From positions 434,001 through 498,000 of the forward strand of contig JASVEC010000019.1 of the NCBI GenBank assembly GCA_030770535.1: a stretch of 64,000 nucleotides of DNA, in the 5' to 3' direction. A program made the position numbers and the translations under genes. This DNA comes from Batkoa obscura (taxonomy: Eukaryota). Positions 51,873 to 64,000 of this stretch are shown here, one piece after another (positions within the stretch are counted from its first letter, which is position 1; every line of letters starts with the position of its first letter). The notes beneath the pieces were generated by a model. The model saw nothing but the letters and a program-made list of their open reading frames with translations. It had not been told where the DNA came from and did not search any database.

Positions 51873-52604
51873 ATGAATTCAGTAAACACTACGAACTCAT
51901 TAGAGTTAAACAGTTATGAGTATGAATCCTTACCAAACACCCCCATTGACCCAAGCTTCACAATGTCCTATTATCCATTAATGAATGAATATCCTGTGCT
52001 AAGTCCAATTGACCCTTATTATACTACTGCTGTAACATCATGTTGTCCATCATTGTCAATAAATTATATAAATTATGATTTGGTTGCTTATCATAATACC
52101 AATGAGTTAAATTTTTATTGTGATAATAATAATAATCCTTTGTATGAGTATATCTTACCTTCCCCAACAAATCAACAACATCACTTAAATAATAGCTCAC
52201 CATCTAGCTTAGAATTAGATAATATATTGGCTGATCCAGCCATATTACAAACATTAGAACAAATTAAACCACAGGCTGGTAGACCTTCACGCAGTCATGC
52301 TAATAAAAACAAAAGAAGAGTTAATTCTTTACCTGGTTTAGATAAATTAAACAAGGGTAAAGTCAGTGCTAATAACGAAAATGAAGAAACAATCAAACCA
52401 TTTGAATGCCCAAAAGAAGATTGCAATAAAGTGTTTAAACGCTCAGAACATCTTAAAAGGCATGTTAATACAGTTCATTCTGGAATTAAGCCTTATGTTT
52501 GCCCTTACCCAGATTGTGAAAAAAGGTTTTCTAGATCAGATAATTTAGGTCAACATTATAAAACACATATCCCTAAATCAAGAAAAAAGTCGGCCACCTT
52601 TTAA
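51873..52604 (+). CDS. Msn2/Msn4-like C2H2 zinc-finger transcription factor
   Basis: Fingers [24 protein letters not shown] and [23 protein letters not shown], preceded by the basic motif KRRVNS. Confidence 0.88.
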   Translation: MNSVNTTNSLELNSYEYESLPNTPIDPSFTMSYYPLMNEYPVLSPIDPYYTTAVTSCCPSLSINYINYDLVAYHNTNELNFYCDNNNNPLYEYILPSPTNQQHHLNNSSPSSLELDNILADPAILQTLEQIKPQAGRPSRSHANKNKRRVNSLPGLDKLNKGKVSANNENEETIKPFECPKEDCNKVFKRSEHLKRHVNTVHSGIKPYVCPYPDCEKRFSRSDNLGQHYKTHIPKSRKKSATF

Positions 52605-54680
52605 AAACTAGCTGACCTAGCTCAACTTAAAAAAAAATCGTTTGTATCTATTAGTTCTCTCTATCTAACATTTTCTGTTTCCCTCTCTTTATTCCGTTTT
52701 CTTAATTTTTGTGTCAATTTATAATTTTCCTTTCAAAAGTAGCTTCTTATGTGCTATTACTTGTATTCCTTATTTATTAAGTATTGTTTAATTAAAATAA
52801 AGTAAAAAAATCAATGATAATAAACTAATTACTCTACATTTAATATTATTTAAATTGTTGCTTTCATTTAATACTTTATTTAGCCAAATTTAGTAAATCT
52901 ACCATTTGAATTAATGTTAATTTTAAATTTCTATTCTTAGCTGATTTCTCCTTTTCTATTTTATCCTTTTTATTCTCTTATTTCTATTATACATGGTTTT
53001 TATTATTTATATTATTTGATGCTTTCTATTTGTTATTTTGTTGAAAAGAATACACTTATTAATTTATGTTAATAACTTGATTGTATCAAGTTTATAGACT
53101 TTTAACTATCCATTTTTATAAAACTATTTTTAAAAGGCCATAAATGTAAGGGAACAAGGTGGTTTATTAAATTTAGGTTTTAAAACATCTAGCTTAGACG
53201 TCACTTTAAAATAAATTTGTAGGCTTTACTTTGTAAAAGAAACTTGCTATGACTAAAGCTGGTTAAAAGAATAAAGAGCTATTATTTAGGATCAATAGAA
53301 TTTCAATTCCAGCATACATTGAAAATTAGCCACTACGATCAACCATATGGATGTTGTCAAAGTTTGTGATAAAATTTGAAATTCTTGCTAATATTTCACT
53401 TATTTCCATTTAAAATTTGATTTGTCTGTTCTTTCTAAGATATAATAATAGCAATCACTAGCATTTAGTTGTTTTAAATTGCAATAAGAAACAGCGAGTA
53501 CTGAAGATTGTTGATAAAAAGAGAGATTACTAAATTGAATAAAGGAGAAAAAGCAGTATGATTTATTGTAAGTTAAACTCATGAAGGTTATAATAAAGAA
53601 TTTAATTTAATGTGTAAGGGGAGGGCCTAAAAGATTAAACTAAAAGTAAAACAAAAAATGAAGATAAAAATAAACTCAATGGTTTGTTATTTAATCGACG
53701 TTACGGTTCCTGTAAACCTTTTTTATCATATATTTGTCCCTAATAATCAAATCATAAGGTAAGTATTAAATTTTTAAAATTTATTTTAAAATATCAAAAA
53801 AGTCTAGGCTTTAATTAATTAATATTGATAACTATAACAACGATAATAACAATAATATTGAAAGCAATAATAATAGTAACAAACTGTTACTCAATGGCCA
53901 TCACCCTTTATTGAAATAAACCAAGTTATCAAAATAAACCTATTTATATATGAAATATCGCTTTTTTGGACTTTATTTATATCTGTTTTATTTCTTGTTT
54001 TATACACCATCAACATATTAACAAACAATATAAAAAGAAATAAATAGTTTAATATCAACTGTTGGGTACCGCAGACTAAGCGTTCAAAAACTGCATAGAC
54101 CCCCTATACATAGTTTGTTTTAAAGCTCATAACTTCGCTCTTTTACTTTTTTATTCCTATTTAATATACAAATAAAGGCGGTCCCTTTTCTATCTTATAA
54201 CATTACTATATTAATCTCAAAGGCCTCTTATTATTAAATTATTATGTTACCTTTTTTCCACTTGTTTTACTTCCCTTCATTACCTTTTTTATGCTTAACA
54301 TACTATGACTGGTAGTATATGCTCCTAAATCGATACACCATGCTGTTATTGTTATTGCTGCAGAAAAGTTAGATTAGTAATCATTGTAAATTAATAAAAA
54401 ACCAAAATAGGTTATTAAATTAAAAATTGTAAAAATAAAAACTCAAAGTATTTGAATACTTCCAAACGATGATATGAATCTCTTTTCAACTGAGTATAAT
54501 GAGTTTATTAACTATTGTTTTAACTATTTATAGCATTTCTCTTTAACAATAATTTGTTATCACATTGGTCTATAGAAAGAGCATTTAGTCCAAAAATTTA
54601 AACATTAATAGCTAGATAAAACTTATATAATAGGCTATAATAGTAGGTAGGACAAATAAAAAAATTGGGTTTTTACATAT

Positions 54681-54775
54681 GGGAGTGTTTTTTTTGACTT
54701 CATTATTTTTCCATTTTTTAAGTGCTATTTGAGCGGAAAATTTAGTAAAATTCTTAAACACAAAAATATATCCCC
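54681..54775. mobile_element. MITE family A copy
   Basis: ATAT-GGGAGTGTTTTTTTTGACTTC...AAATATATCCCC-ATAT. Confidence 0.88.
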
Positions 54776-57700
54776 ATATGCTACTTTTTTAAACTAATTA
54801 AGATAAATAATTGGTAGCTATAAACCTTGATATTGTAATTGATGCTTAGAATCTTTAATATCATTTCGATATTTAATGATAGGATGGTGTGTTAAAGTTA
54901 AACTACCATTAAAACGCGAGAAACTTTCCTTGCAAAAATGATATAAATTCCTCTCTAATCAAGTTTAGTTTTATACAAAAAATAAGCCATATTTTTAAGT
55001 ATTAAATTTAATAATAAACAGTGTGGTGCCTAAAAAGCAATAAATGAAATTTAATATAAATGTCACTAATGGATTTTAAATATATGATTTTGGAATTTAT
55101 ATATATTTTTAGCTATATTTAGAAAACGCCGTTGCATGGTTAACAAGCATGGCTAATACTGAACGATGATAAGTTGGTTATCATTAAATATAACAATGAA
55201 TAATAGGAAGATTATAATAAAGTACAATATGAGAAAATACAGTATAATAAGTATTGTTACAATAATCAAAATAAAGATGTTTTTAAATTAAACGCACATT
55301 TTAATTGTCATTTTAATTTGGTTTTTAGACCTATAGTTTTCTGGCACTTTTTTATATCATTAAAAGGATAAATAAATAGTCGTTTTACTTCCATTATAAA
55401 AGATATAAAAAAGTAACAATGATGTTTACAGATTTATTGACGATTATGTTCATTCAAAAGATTTATTTGCTCAGATTGTTTTTTGTCCTGATTCCCAATC
55501 TATAATTTCTGCTGTATTATGATAAAATGAATGCATATATTAAAATAGGGGATGTCAAACTTTCCTATTTTTTCAATAGACTCACCTGTCCAAGAAAAGC
55601 TCACATTATCAACTTTTACGTATAACAAAGCTTATTACTAATTTATCATCAGTCTATACATTTATTGAATTTATTTTTAATGGGTGGATACCATTTATAT
55701 TTTGCTTCTACTCAAAAACAAATTTTTACAAAATTATGCTAGTGGAAAAAGACAATAATAGTGAATTTTGACTTTTAGTAAAAATACAAATGAGCTATAG
55801 CAGCTGTGGAAAGTAACAGGGATATAATACTCATATTGCTATGGGTTTAACGTAAATTAATATACGGAACATGCTGTTAGGTATCGATCGGTAGAATCTA
55901 AACCAGTTAAGAACTAGTATACATAAATTAGGTGGGAATTAAATGAGAACCATTTTTACATTAAATAGCGAAAATTCACTAAATAAATAAAGGCTTAATA
56001 TAACATTATTTAAAGTAACCCAACAATATGCATAAAATAAAAATAATCAAAAAGGGATAAAATAAAAGGAAAACAATCTTTTTATAGATTTTTAAGGGAT
56101 ATTAATCTGTTATTTTTTTACTATTTAGCTTAGTTTTATTAGCTAGTCTTTTATCTTGGTACAAATCTAATGCCGAAGTAATTAAGTTTTAGAGCAGATA
56201 AATGATGGTAGATGATAAATAATTCAAAAATAATAGTTTGTAATAAATCTGCTATTAATCGTCTAACTTTATTGATCACTATAAAATTCTTTATTCAAAC
56301 GTGGATTATTTTTATAGAATAAAAAATATAAAACGGTAGAGAACAAAAATGAAGGGCTAACATTCATAAGAAAGGAGAGAATAAAAATAAATAAAATCAA
56401 GAATATAAAAGTGTATAAAATTAATGGGTGCTTGATAAGGAATCTACCGAGGTTTAAAACCAAGTTGGTTAATAAAAGCATATTTGGAGATTTAACTAAA
56501 TATAGTAGCTATACCTCTTTTGTTATGTGGCTTTTAGTACACTTTACGCTAGAAGGTATATTTGACTATACTATCAACTTTTTGTTCTTATTTATTTGTT
56601 TTGTTAATAATATAAAAAAAAATGAAAAATGAAGGTTCTGAAGTATGATAGTTATAGTCGTTGCAATTCTTTTGCGACTTTTTTAGCGATAGTTTTCATA
56701 ATTATTCATCACTCAATTTTTTTATAGCCTAGTTGTTATATTTAAACTTGCTTTAATATTTTTTTTCAAAAATGAGTGGTTAATTACCACAAAAAATATT
56801 AACAGCTGTATACCACTAAGTGTAATTTTGAGTTTATAATTTACTTTTATATTTTTATACGTAGCTATTTTTGATTTTTTCTTTTTTTAACTTTTTAATT
56901 AAAAATCCTTAAATGTATGCATCAGTTATTCCTATTTAGCAAATATAGATAAACAAATATAGAAACATATATAATTTTTGAATATTTTTTGAGGATTTCT
57001 AAACCTAATTGCACCTTTATTACACTAACTACATAGCTTAGTAAAAATACTAAATCTATCATCTATCTAAACGTAGCAATGAATCAAAGTTACTATTTTT
57101 AGTAGATTTTTAAAATGGAACACTGTATTTTTTATACGTTCAACTATTAATCTTTTAGTATATATGTTTTATACTATTTTTTAACTTCATAAATGATTTA
57201 TTTCAGTATAACTCATAGAATGCAAACTGCATAATTTTAGACTATTTTGCTTTTGTTAAACTATATAAAACTAATAAAACTCATTTATGATATGTATTTA
57301 ATTAAATGCGAATGACTAAAAAATAAACCTGAAAAATAAAGGATCTAGACAATGGAAAAACCAACTGTAACCCGACTTGTGGATAAATAACTAAATCACT
57401 AGTTATTTTTTTATAAAATGAATATCTTATTTGAAACGTCTTATTTTTTTATTACAGTCATAGCTGTATTTCTATGGTATTGTACTGAATAAAGCTATGG
57501 TTTTTTATCATTATTTCAAACATAATGTTTTTGTAAAGTTTTCGAATGGTTTATTACTGATGGGTATGCAATCTACTTTAAGAAAGTGTGACTTACTTTC
57601 ATATCAATGTATCAATGAATATAAAAAAGCAATAAAGATATTGGGATATCTATCTGACTCTAAAGTTGGCAAAGTTGAGTTAGAGCATTTTCCACCATTT

Positions 57701-59217
57701 ATAACATTTTCCTTTTAATGTCTCCTTTCTTCCTTCATCCTAGTCTATCAGTAACTTAATCATCTTAAATTTAAAATTTTCCCTCAACAATAAAACACTT
57801 GAGACCCTCCAGCTCCTTTAAAATTTTTAATAAAAAAGATATTAGTGTCCCTTTGGACTCGCTTATTTGTTCACCTTTTATACACCATAAATCGAAAAAA
57901 ACTTAACAAATGCTGAAATAAAAAAACATCCTTATATTCATTTTTTATAAATACCATCAAACTACTCCAAAATTTAAGGTTTTGTTTTAAAGACATTCTA
58001 CTATTTACTTTGCAATGTTAAAAGATTTTATTATTTAACATAAAAACTTTAATAGTAGATATTTAAACATACAAAAGGCTATAAAATGTAAAAATGTATT
58101 GTTAAAGATAAAATAAAATAATCAAAGTTTAATATTTTATTAAATTTCAGTAATAAAAGTATGATGGTGTAAGTGATAATTAGCTATATCATCATATTAA
58201 ATTTAAATTTAAATTAAATTAAATTTATACTTCAAGTTAAATAAAGATATAATAAATTAATGTTTTAAATAAATTAACTAATGATGTTAAAAGACCTCAA
58301 TTTAAGATCGGTTTTTTGTAATATTTTTTATAATATAATTATGTAATATAAAACCCTCCTTTAATTATTTAATGCACTATAAAATATTACCATAATTATT
58401 AACTACCGCTTCAAGTTTAACATTAATGTTTTTACTAAAATTGAGTAATTTTTTTAAATTTTTATTTCAAAAAGTAAGCAACTTAAGTCATATATTTCGG
58501 TTTCATTATCATTACTTTCACTTTTAGCAATTTGAATTTTATAAATTGATAAACTTTATTTTGATTAAATATTAATATTACTATTATTGCTTTTCTTATT
58601 CAGTAGCGTATGAAATAGAAATAAATATCATGACTAATGAAAGACAAGACGATATTTTGTATTTTAAATTAGCTTGTTAAAATACCTATTATATAGCCTA
58701 TATTTTGGATACATTAGGATATGACAGATAATTGGAACATTATATTAATGTTTAGAGATTAAATGCTATCTAACATACAGTTATGAATATGTTTCTCAAA
58801 TGATCTTTTTAATTAGACACAATCAGAATGCACTAGATACTTTAAACACTAATAATAAAAATTAAATTGGTAATTTGAATTCAATATGTTGAAAGTATAT
58901 AATAAAATACCACTTTAAAGTCAACCATATTAAATGCAAATAATCAAATAATTAGCAATTCAATTATATAATACGAAATTGAGTTTTATAGCTAATACGA
59001 TTGATAAAAGCCATAATTTGAAAAAATAGTTTAAATTGAACCTCTCAGAAAATTTATGAATAGGACTATTTTCTACTCTTTTCTTGTATCCCCTCTAGTA
59101 TCTATTTTAGCCGCTGGCTTTAAGTTATCCACTCTTACTACACCAAACTTCCTTTAGACATACATTCAGCTCTTATCTCGGTTGTCAGTATCATCTTTCA
59201 TTCCTGCACAAGCATAT

Positions 59218-59316
59218 GGGGATGTATTTTTGTGTTTAAGAATTTTACCAACAAATTTTCCACTCAAATAGCGCTTAAAAAGTGGAAAAAATAATGAAGT
59301 CAAAAAAAACACTCCC
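59218..59316. mobile_element. MITE family A copy (close to consensus)
   Basis: ATAT-GGGGATGTATTTTTGTG...AAAACACTCCC-ATAT. Confidence 0.9.
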
Positions 59317-59865
59317 ATATATAAAAAAGAGTATAGGCCACCTCAATATAAACTTAATCAGTTTGACCAAACCATAAGAGATGTAAGTTTATCTATTGTT
59401 TGGCCTCCTTATCTCATAAATAGCCCATATCTTCAAGTTGTCTAACTACTTTCTTACCTTTTGGTAATGTTTCCGTTTATTAATAGAATACTTATAATTT
59501 TCAAAAAAAGAGAACTGTAAATTTGACTTTACCTAATTTAGTTCCAAAGTAATTAGTAAACTATTTTATATCTCTAAAAGACATGGTACCAATATAGCTT
59601 TTTTAATAGTTAGGAATTAATTTATAAAAATAAGCTTATCTTTAATTAGCGGAAAATATATCATATGGTTTATAGATAACAATACTTATATGCGAGTTAT
59701 TAAGTACTATATACTATTTCAGACTTCATTTAAATTAATTTAAAAAAATATGTAGAGAGCAATTAAAATTTTTTATATTTAGCTGAATCAAGTAAAATAG
59801 AGTATAACAACTGAATCTATATAAAATTAATTATTTATTTACTAAAACAGATACAAAAGACAAAG

Positions 59866-60408
59866 TTAATTTTTATGGCTTATATCCTTATTTAAAATAT
59901 AGTTAATATCTAAAGGATTGTTGGTTGAGCAAGTATCATCTTTACAATCATTATGTTTCCCATACTTGACCTCTTGTTTATTTTGATTATCATTAAGATA
60001 CAAAGAGTCTGATGTTGTAGTATAAAATGAACGATGTCGTGATTGTAACTCAGGTTCATTACTTGTTTTGAACACTAACCCTTTATTGTCATTCTGTGTA
60101 TCACATTTGATTTTTTGGTTATTTTCAATTTCTTTGTAACCTATCGAATTCAATACAGGATTCCAAAATACAGAGCGTTGAGGTTGGTGGTCATATTCAC
60201 CAGTTACTTTGAACTTTGCTCTTTTATTTTGAAACCAAATACGTACTGTTTTTGTAGTTAAATCGGCATCGAGTGCTATTTGAGTGACCAAATCTCGACA
60301 TGGTTTGTTATTAATTTTATAATAAGATAATAATATTTCATATTGCTTATCTGTTAAGTGGATACGGTGTCTTCTTTCTCTTTGAGCTTTATCGGTTATC
60401 ATCAGCAT
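59866..60408 (-). CDS. Homeodomain transcription factor
   Basis: RRHRIHLTDKQYEILLSYYKINNKP..IALDADLTTKTVRIWFQNKRAKFK is a canonical homeodomain with WFQNKR helix 3 (Q50). Confidence 0.88.
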   Translation of the reverse strand: MLMITDKAQRERRHRIHLTDKQYEILLSYYKINNKPCRDLVTQIALDADLTTKTVRIWFQNKRAKFKVTGEYDHQPQRSVFWNPVLNSIGYKEIENNQKIKCDTQNDNKGLVFKTSNEPELQSRHRSFYTTTSDSLYLNDNQNKQEVKYGKHNDCKDDTCSTNNPLDINYILNKDISHKN

Positions 60409-61844
60409 TAGTTACCAAAAGAGAAACAATTGGTTGTCTATTTAAACTTTTGATTAGTTAAATCAGCTGAATATGGATTTTTACAAATGACTTTGATTTT
60501 TTCTTCTAAAGTCTAATACTTTTTTATTTTGTTTAGGATAAAAATTTGAGGTTATAGATTCTATATGTAATATGATTGATTTATATAGTTAGGAATATTG
60601 AGTTCTAGTTAGCTATTTATAATATAAAAAATACACTAAAAAATGTCAAAAATGTTTTATTTGAAGACTCAAGTTAAAGGCATTGTTCTTTGTAGACCAA
60701 AGCAATACAAAGAACTGCAAAGTTTAGCTGGTTAAATTCCATCTAAATTAAAATCTTTGCATATTTATCGAAGTTAACTTCCTTTAGAATTAAGTTGATT
60801 ATTGCATGATCCAAAATCTGATTTAAATTAATCCAAAAAAACTATATTATATAATAAAAGAGAGAATTTTCGAATCAAATGATACTCATATGATAAATCT
60901 ATGATTCATATAACTTTATAAGTTATTATGCTAATTTTGTTAATTTATTTTATCTCCCTGACTTTTAAGTGTTTTTCAAAACAAAATAGACAGCAAGAGT
61001 TTCTTATCAGTATTAAAAAGTTGTAATAAATCGAGGTAAAAGCATTTTGTAGTTAGATAACAAGAAAAGGGGGAATGCGTGATGTGGGAATAATAATAAT
61101 AATTTTATATTAAGGTCATTACAAATCATAAATTAGTGAATACAAAGAATTTAGAATGACTATTTTTGTCAAAGTCGGATAGTTAAATAAGCTCTGTGAT
61201 TCAATAATACAGATACAACTTTGTATTAGTTATATATAAACTGTTATAACTACTGTTAATAGTTTTGTCAAAATATTAATAAATTTAATTAGCAAATATT
61301 CAACATTCAACATCGACATTTAAAATTTGCGTTAAGTTATAATTATTAAATGAAAATTATTAAATAGTTAAAAGTTAACATCGTACGTATCCTTTTTTAT
61401 ATAAATAAAAATATCGGTAAAATAAAATTAGCGGAAAATTGAAAACTTTTCAAGTTTATATAAATTGTATTTATAATATTATAAATATTACTAACTTTTA
61501 TTAATTTTTTAATATCATTTATTTATTTTGAAGAAATATCATAAAATTAAGTTAAGCATAATTTTATAATAGCAATTTAGCTTTATTGAGCATTTTCGGT
61601 TCTAGGTATAAAAATATTAGATTTTTAAAATTCAATTTATGCCTTTAAGCTATTTAATGCTTTCAACACCATTGACTATATTATATACATTTATAAATAT
61701 TATACTAATAAAGTAATTTATTGTTTAAAAAATTAAATAATAGATTACAAAATACATAAAATCGAAATTAAGATGATTTTTTTAATTTTTTTATTAAACA
61801 AACCTATCAAAATAACTCAATGCTTATTTTTTAGTTAGAGTTAT

Positions 61845-64000
61845 TTAATTTTGAGGAGTGGAGGTATTACTAGAATGGTTATTTTTTTCTTGATGTTGGT
61901 TATTGTGATTATTATTATTATGATGAGAACCACGACCACGCCCCCTACCTCGTGGATTGTGACCATGGTTTGGATGATGTTGTGTATGTTGAGGATGGAA
62001 GTTAGGTGGTTGATGATAATGCTGAGGTGGCATTTGGTAAAATTGAGGTGGTGGTGGGTGGCCCATAGGATGACCCATAGGATGAAATGGTGGCTGATGT
62101 TGATAAGGTGAACACCCTGGTGGTAGTTGGGGGTAATGAGGATGGTTATTGGATGGATAGCTGTTAGGAGCATGAGTGTGAGGCGGTTGGCTTGTTTGAT
62201 TTTGATTGTAATGGGGTGATTGTGATGAATGGGGTGGAGTTTGTTGGTTGCCGCGTGGCTGATAATGATAATGTCCATCCATGTTTGGACGCTGAACATT
62301 AGGATCGTTTGGTGGAGCATAACGCATCATGTTTGGGTTACTATTAGGCGCTCCCATATAGGTACCTTGTGGTCCGGATTGTGGAGGTCCTTGAGGCTGT
62401 GGTGGGGGCTGTTGTGGTTGAGAAGGGCCGCGTCCTTGAGGTGAATGAGAATAGTTATTGCTACTATTGTTATCGCTATTATTACTGGTATTGGTATTGG
62501 TATTAGTATTAGTATTGGCATTGCTGTTGTTATTGTTGCTATTCTCGTGAGGTTGTTTGTTATAATAATTTTGTGGAGTTGGTCCTGGTGAAGGATGGTT
62601 AAGCATAGGTTGATTGTTTTGTTGTGGATATGGATATGGCGGAGGAGGATTGTGTTGTGGATGATTCATATAAGGCATACCCTGAGGTGGTATACCCATC
62701 ATTTGAGGATATGGCATTTGGTTGGGATAGCGATAGGCCGGATAAAATGGTGGCTGTGGGTACATATTAGGTGGTATGTTTGGGTATTGAGGATCGGCAT
62801 GTGTAACGTTGAATTGTTGACGGTATGGTTTACCTTCAGTGGGCCAAGTAGGTGCTTGAGTAGAAGGATCATTAAATACCTTCTGTTCAATAACTTCAAA
62901 CTGCCAGTCAACAACGTCTTCTTTAACTTCAGGTTTGCCATTCAAGAAGAAAGCATTAACTTCTTTTTTAGCTTCAATGGTTGCATTTGGATTGAATGGT
63001 TTGGCAGATGGATTAGGCTTGAATTCGGGTGCTTTTACATTGAGTTTAGCAGAAGCTTTAACTGATGATGTTTCAGATTTTGCATCATCTTCACTTTTCT
63101 CACTTATAGCTGGTAAATGATCACCTGTTTTATTATCATTACCTTTTGAGATAATATCCTTGATATCGCTTGGTACCGGAGTTTTAAGTTTAAAAGTTTG
63201 AGAGAATTTAAGTAGTTCAGCGACCTTACCATCTTTATCCTTTTTGATTTTGGCTTGTTGTCCAAGCTTAACTCGCTCCTTTTCAGTTGATACAAATTGA
63301 CGGAAAGTGCCCATAAGTTCTTCTTCAATTGGTTTAGATGCCCTTTGTTTACCTAATAATTTCTTTTGAGTAGGAATTGAGAGTGCTAATTTATTGGAAG
63401 AAAATAACTGAAGTATAGCATCTGCTTTCTTTTGTGAAATAGGTTGTCCAGTTGTGACTTTTTTAGTTGGAATAGGAAGAGGTTGATGTTTCTCGGCTGC
63501 CATAGCATGCTTCAAATTTTTATCACGAAGCGCCATAGCTTCCAAAAAGCGTGCCGTGTTTGATTTCTTAGAAAGATCCTTCGATTCATTACTTTCAGCA
63601 GTTGGCTGGTTGATAGTGGCTGGTTTTGATGTTTCCACTTTCTTGGACTCATCCAAAGGATTTGTTTGGGCGCTCGGCTGGGCAGTGCCTGCCTTTGGTT
63701 GTGTTTCAAGCGATGTAGTTTGAGCTTCTTGACCTTTGGCTTGCATTACTTGCTGATATTTTGCCCTTACACTTGGTGGAACATATTTTCCTTCTTTAAT
63801 AGCTCTAGCCACTGCAGAATATTTTTCTTCTTCATCTTCATCGTTATTAGTTTGGTGACCACGTTCTTCACTAATATGAGGGTTAGATGAAGACTTGTTT
63901 AAAATTTCATTAGCTATACGCTCAGCATTACGTTCAACTTCAGCAAAGTTTGGAGCAGAGCGATCAATCTTTGTTGTATAAATAAGCTCATCGTAGTTAG
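61845..64000 (-). CDS. PBP1: Pbp1/ataxin-2 family RNA-binding protein, 3' part; the gene starts beyond the window
   Basis: Frame is open to 64000. LsmAD-type YDELIYTTKIDRS..AERIANEI..NPHISEERG..DEEEKYSAV, then KYVPP, PAM2 KLNVKAPEFKPNPSAKPFNP, and a P/Q/N/H-rich tail with RGRGRG. Confidence 0.9.
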   Translation of the reverse strand, partial: NYDELIYTTKIDRSAPNFAEVERNAERIANEILNKSSSNPHISEERGHQTNNDEDEEEKYSAVARAIKEGKYVPPSVRAKYQQVMQAKGQEAQTTSLETQPKAGTAQPSAQTNPLDESKKVETSKPATINQPTAESNESKDLSKKSNTARFLEAMALRDKNLKHAMAAEKHQPLPIPTKKVTTGQPISQKKADAILQLFSSNKLALSIPTQKKLLGKQRASKPIEEELMGTFRQFVSTEKERVKLGQQAKIKKDKDGKVAELLKFSQTFKLKTPVPSDIKDIISKGNDNKTGDHLPAISEKSEDDAKSETSSVKASAKLNVKAPEFKPNPSAKPFNPNATIEAKKEVNAFFLNGKPEVKEDVVDWQFEVIEQKVFNDPSTQAPTWPTEGKPYRQQFNVTHADPQYPNIPPNMYPQPPFYPAYRYPNQMPYPQMMGIPPQGMPYMNHPQHNPPPPYPYPQQNNQPMLNHPSPGPTPQNYYNKQPHENSNNNNSNANTNTNTNTNTSNNSDNNSSNNYSHSPQGRGPSQPQQPPPQPQGPPQSGPQGTYMGAPNSNPNMMRYAPPNDPNVQRPNMDGHYHYQPRGNQQTPPHSSQSPHYNQNQTSQPPHTHAPNSYPSNNHPHYPQLPPGCSPYQHQPPFHPMGHPMGHPPPPQFYQMPPQHYHQPPNFHPQHTQHHPNHGHNPRGRGRGRGSHHNNNNHNNQHQEKNNHSSNTSTPQN

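Noticed and set aside
59866..60408. Homeodomain gene as a mating-type locus
   Set aside because: No divergent HD1/HD2 partner, pheromone/receptor or HMG gene is visible nearby.
61841..63890. Multiple overlapping or antisense ORFs
   Set aside because: Shadow frames of the GC-richer, low-complexity PBP1 coding region.

Overview
AT-rich eukaryotic DNA with short GT-AG introns of about 45-110 nt. It looks like an early-diverging fungus; the lineage is inferred, not proven. Multi-intron housekeeping genes are DPH4, FRS2, KRR1 and a very divergent CDC23-like gene, and the 3' part of PBP1/ataxin-2 runs off the window end. Intronless genes include two S28 serine peptidases, two full ABCB/MDR transporters plus a decayed third copy, three Msn2/4-type C2H2 transcription factors, a homeodomain gene and a putative GPI-anchored mucin-like protein. 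There are two tRNA genes, one tRNA pseudogene and about 22 copies of a ~98-bp MITE. Main highlights: (1) a spliced 568-aa gene joining a PAM2-like N-terminus to a LINE-ORF1-like RRM plus CCHC knuckle, with no ORF2, which is a candidate domesticated retrotransposon protein; (2) sharply bounded identical tracts between the inverted ABCB paralogues, including 1.5 kb of pristine sequence inside a pseudogene; (3) a GGGG..CCCC MITE whose 4-bp target duplication can be read against an intact paralogue.
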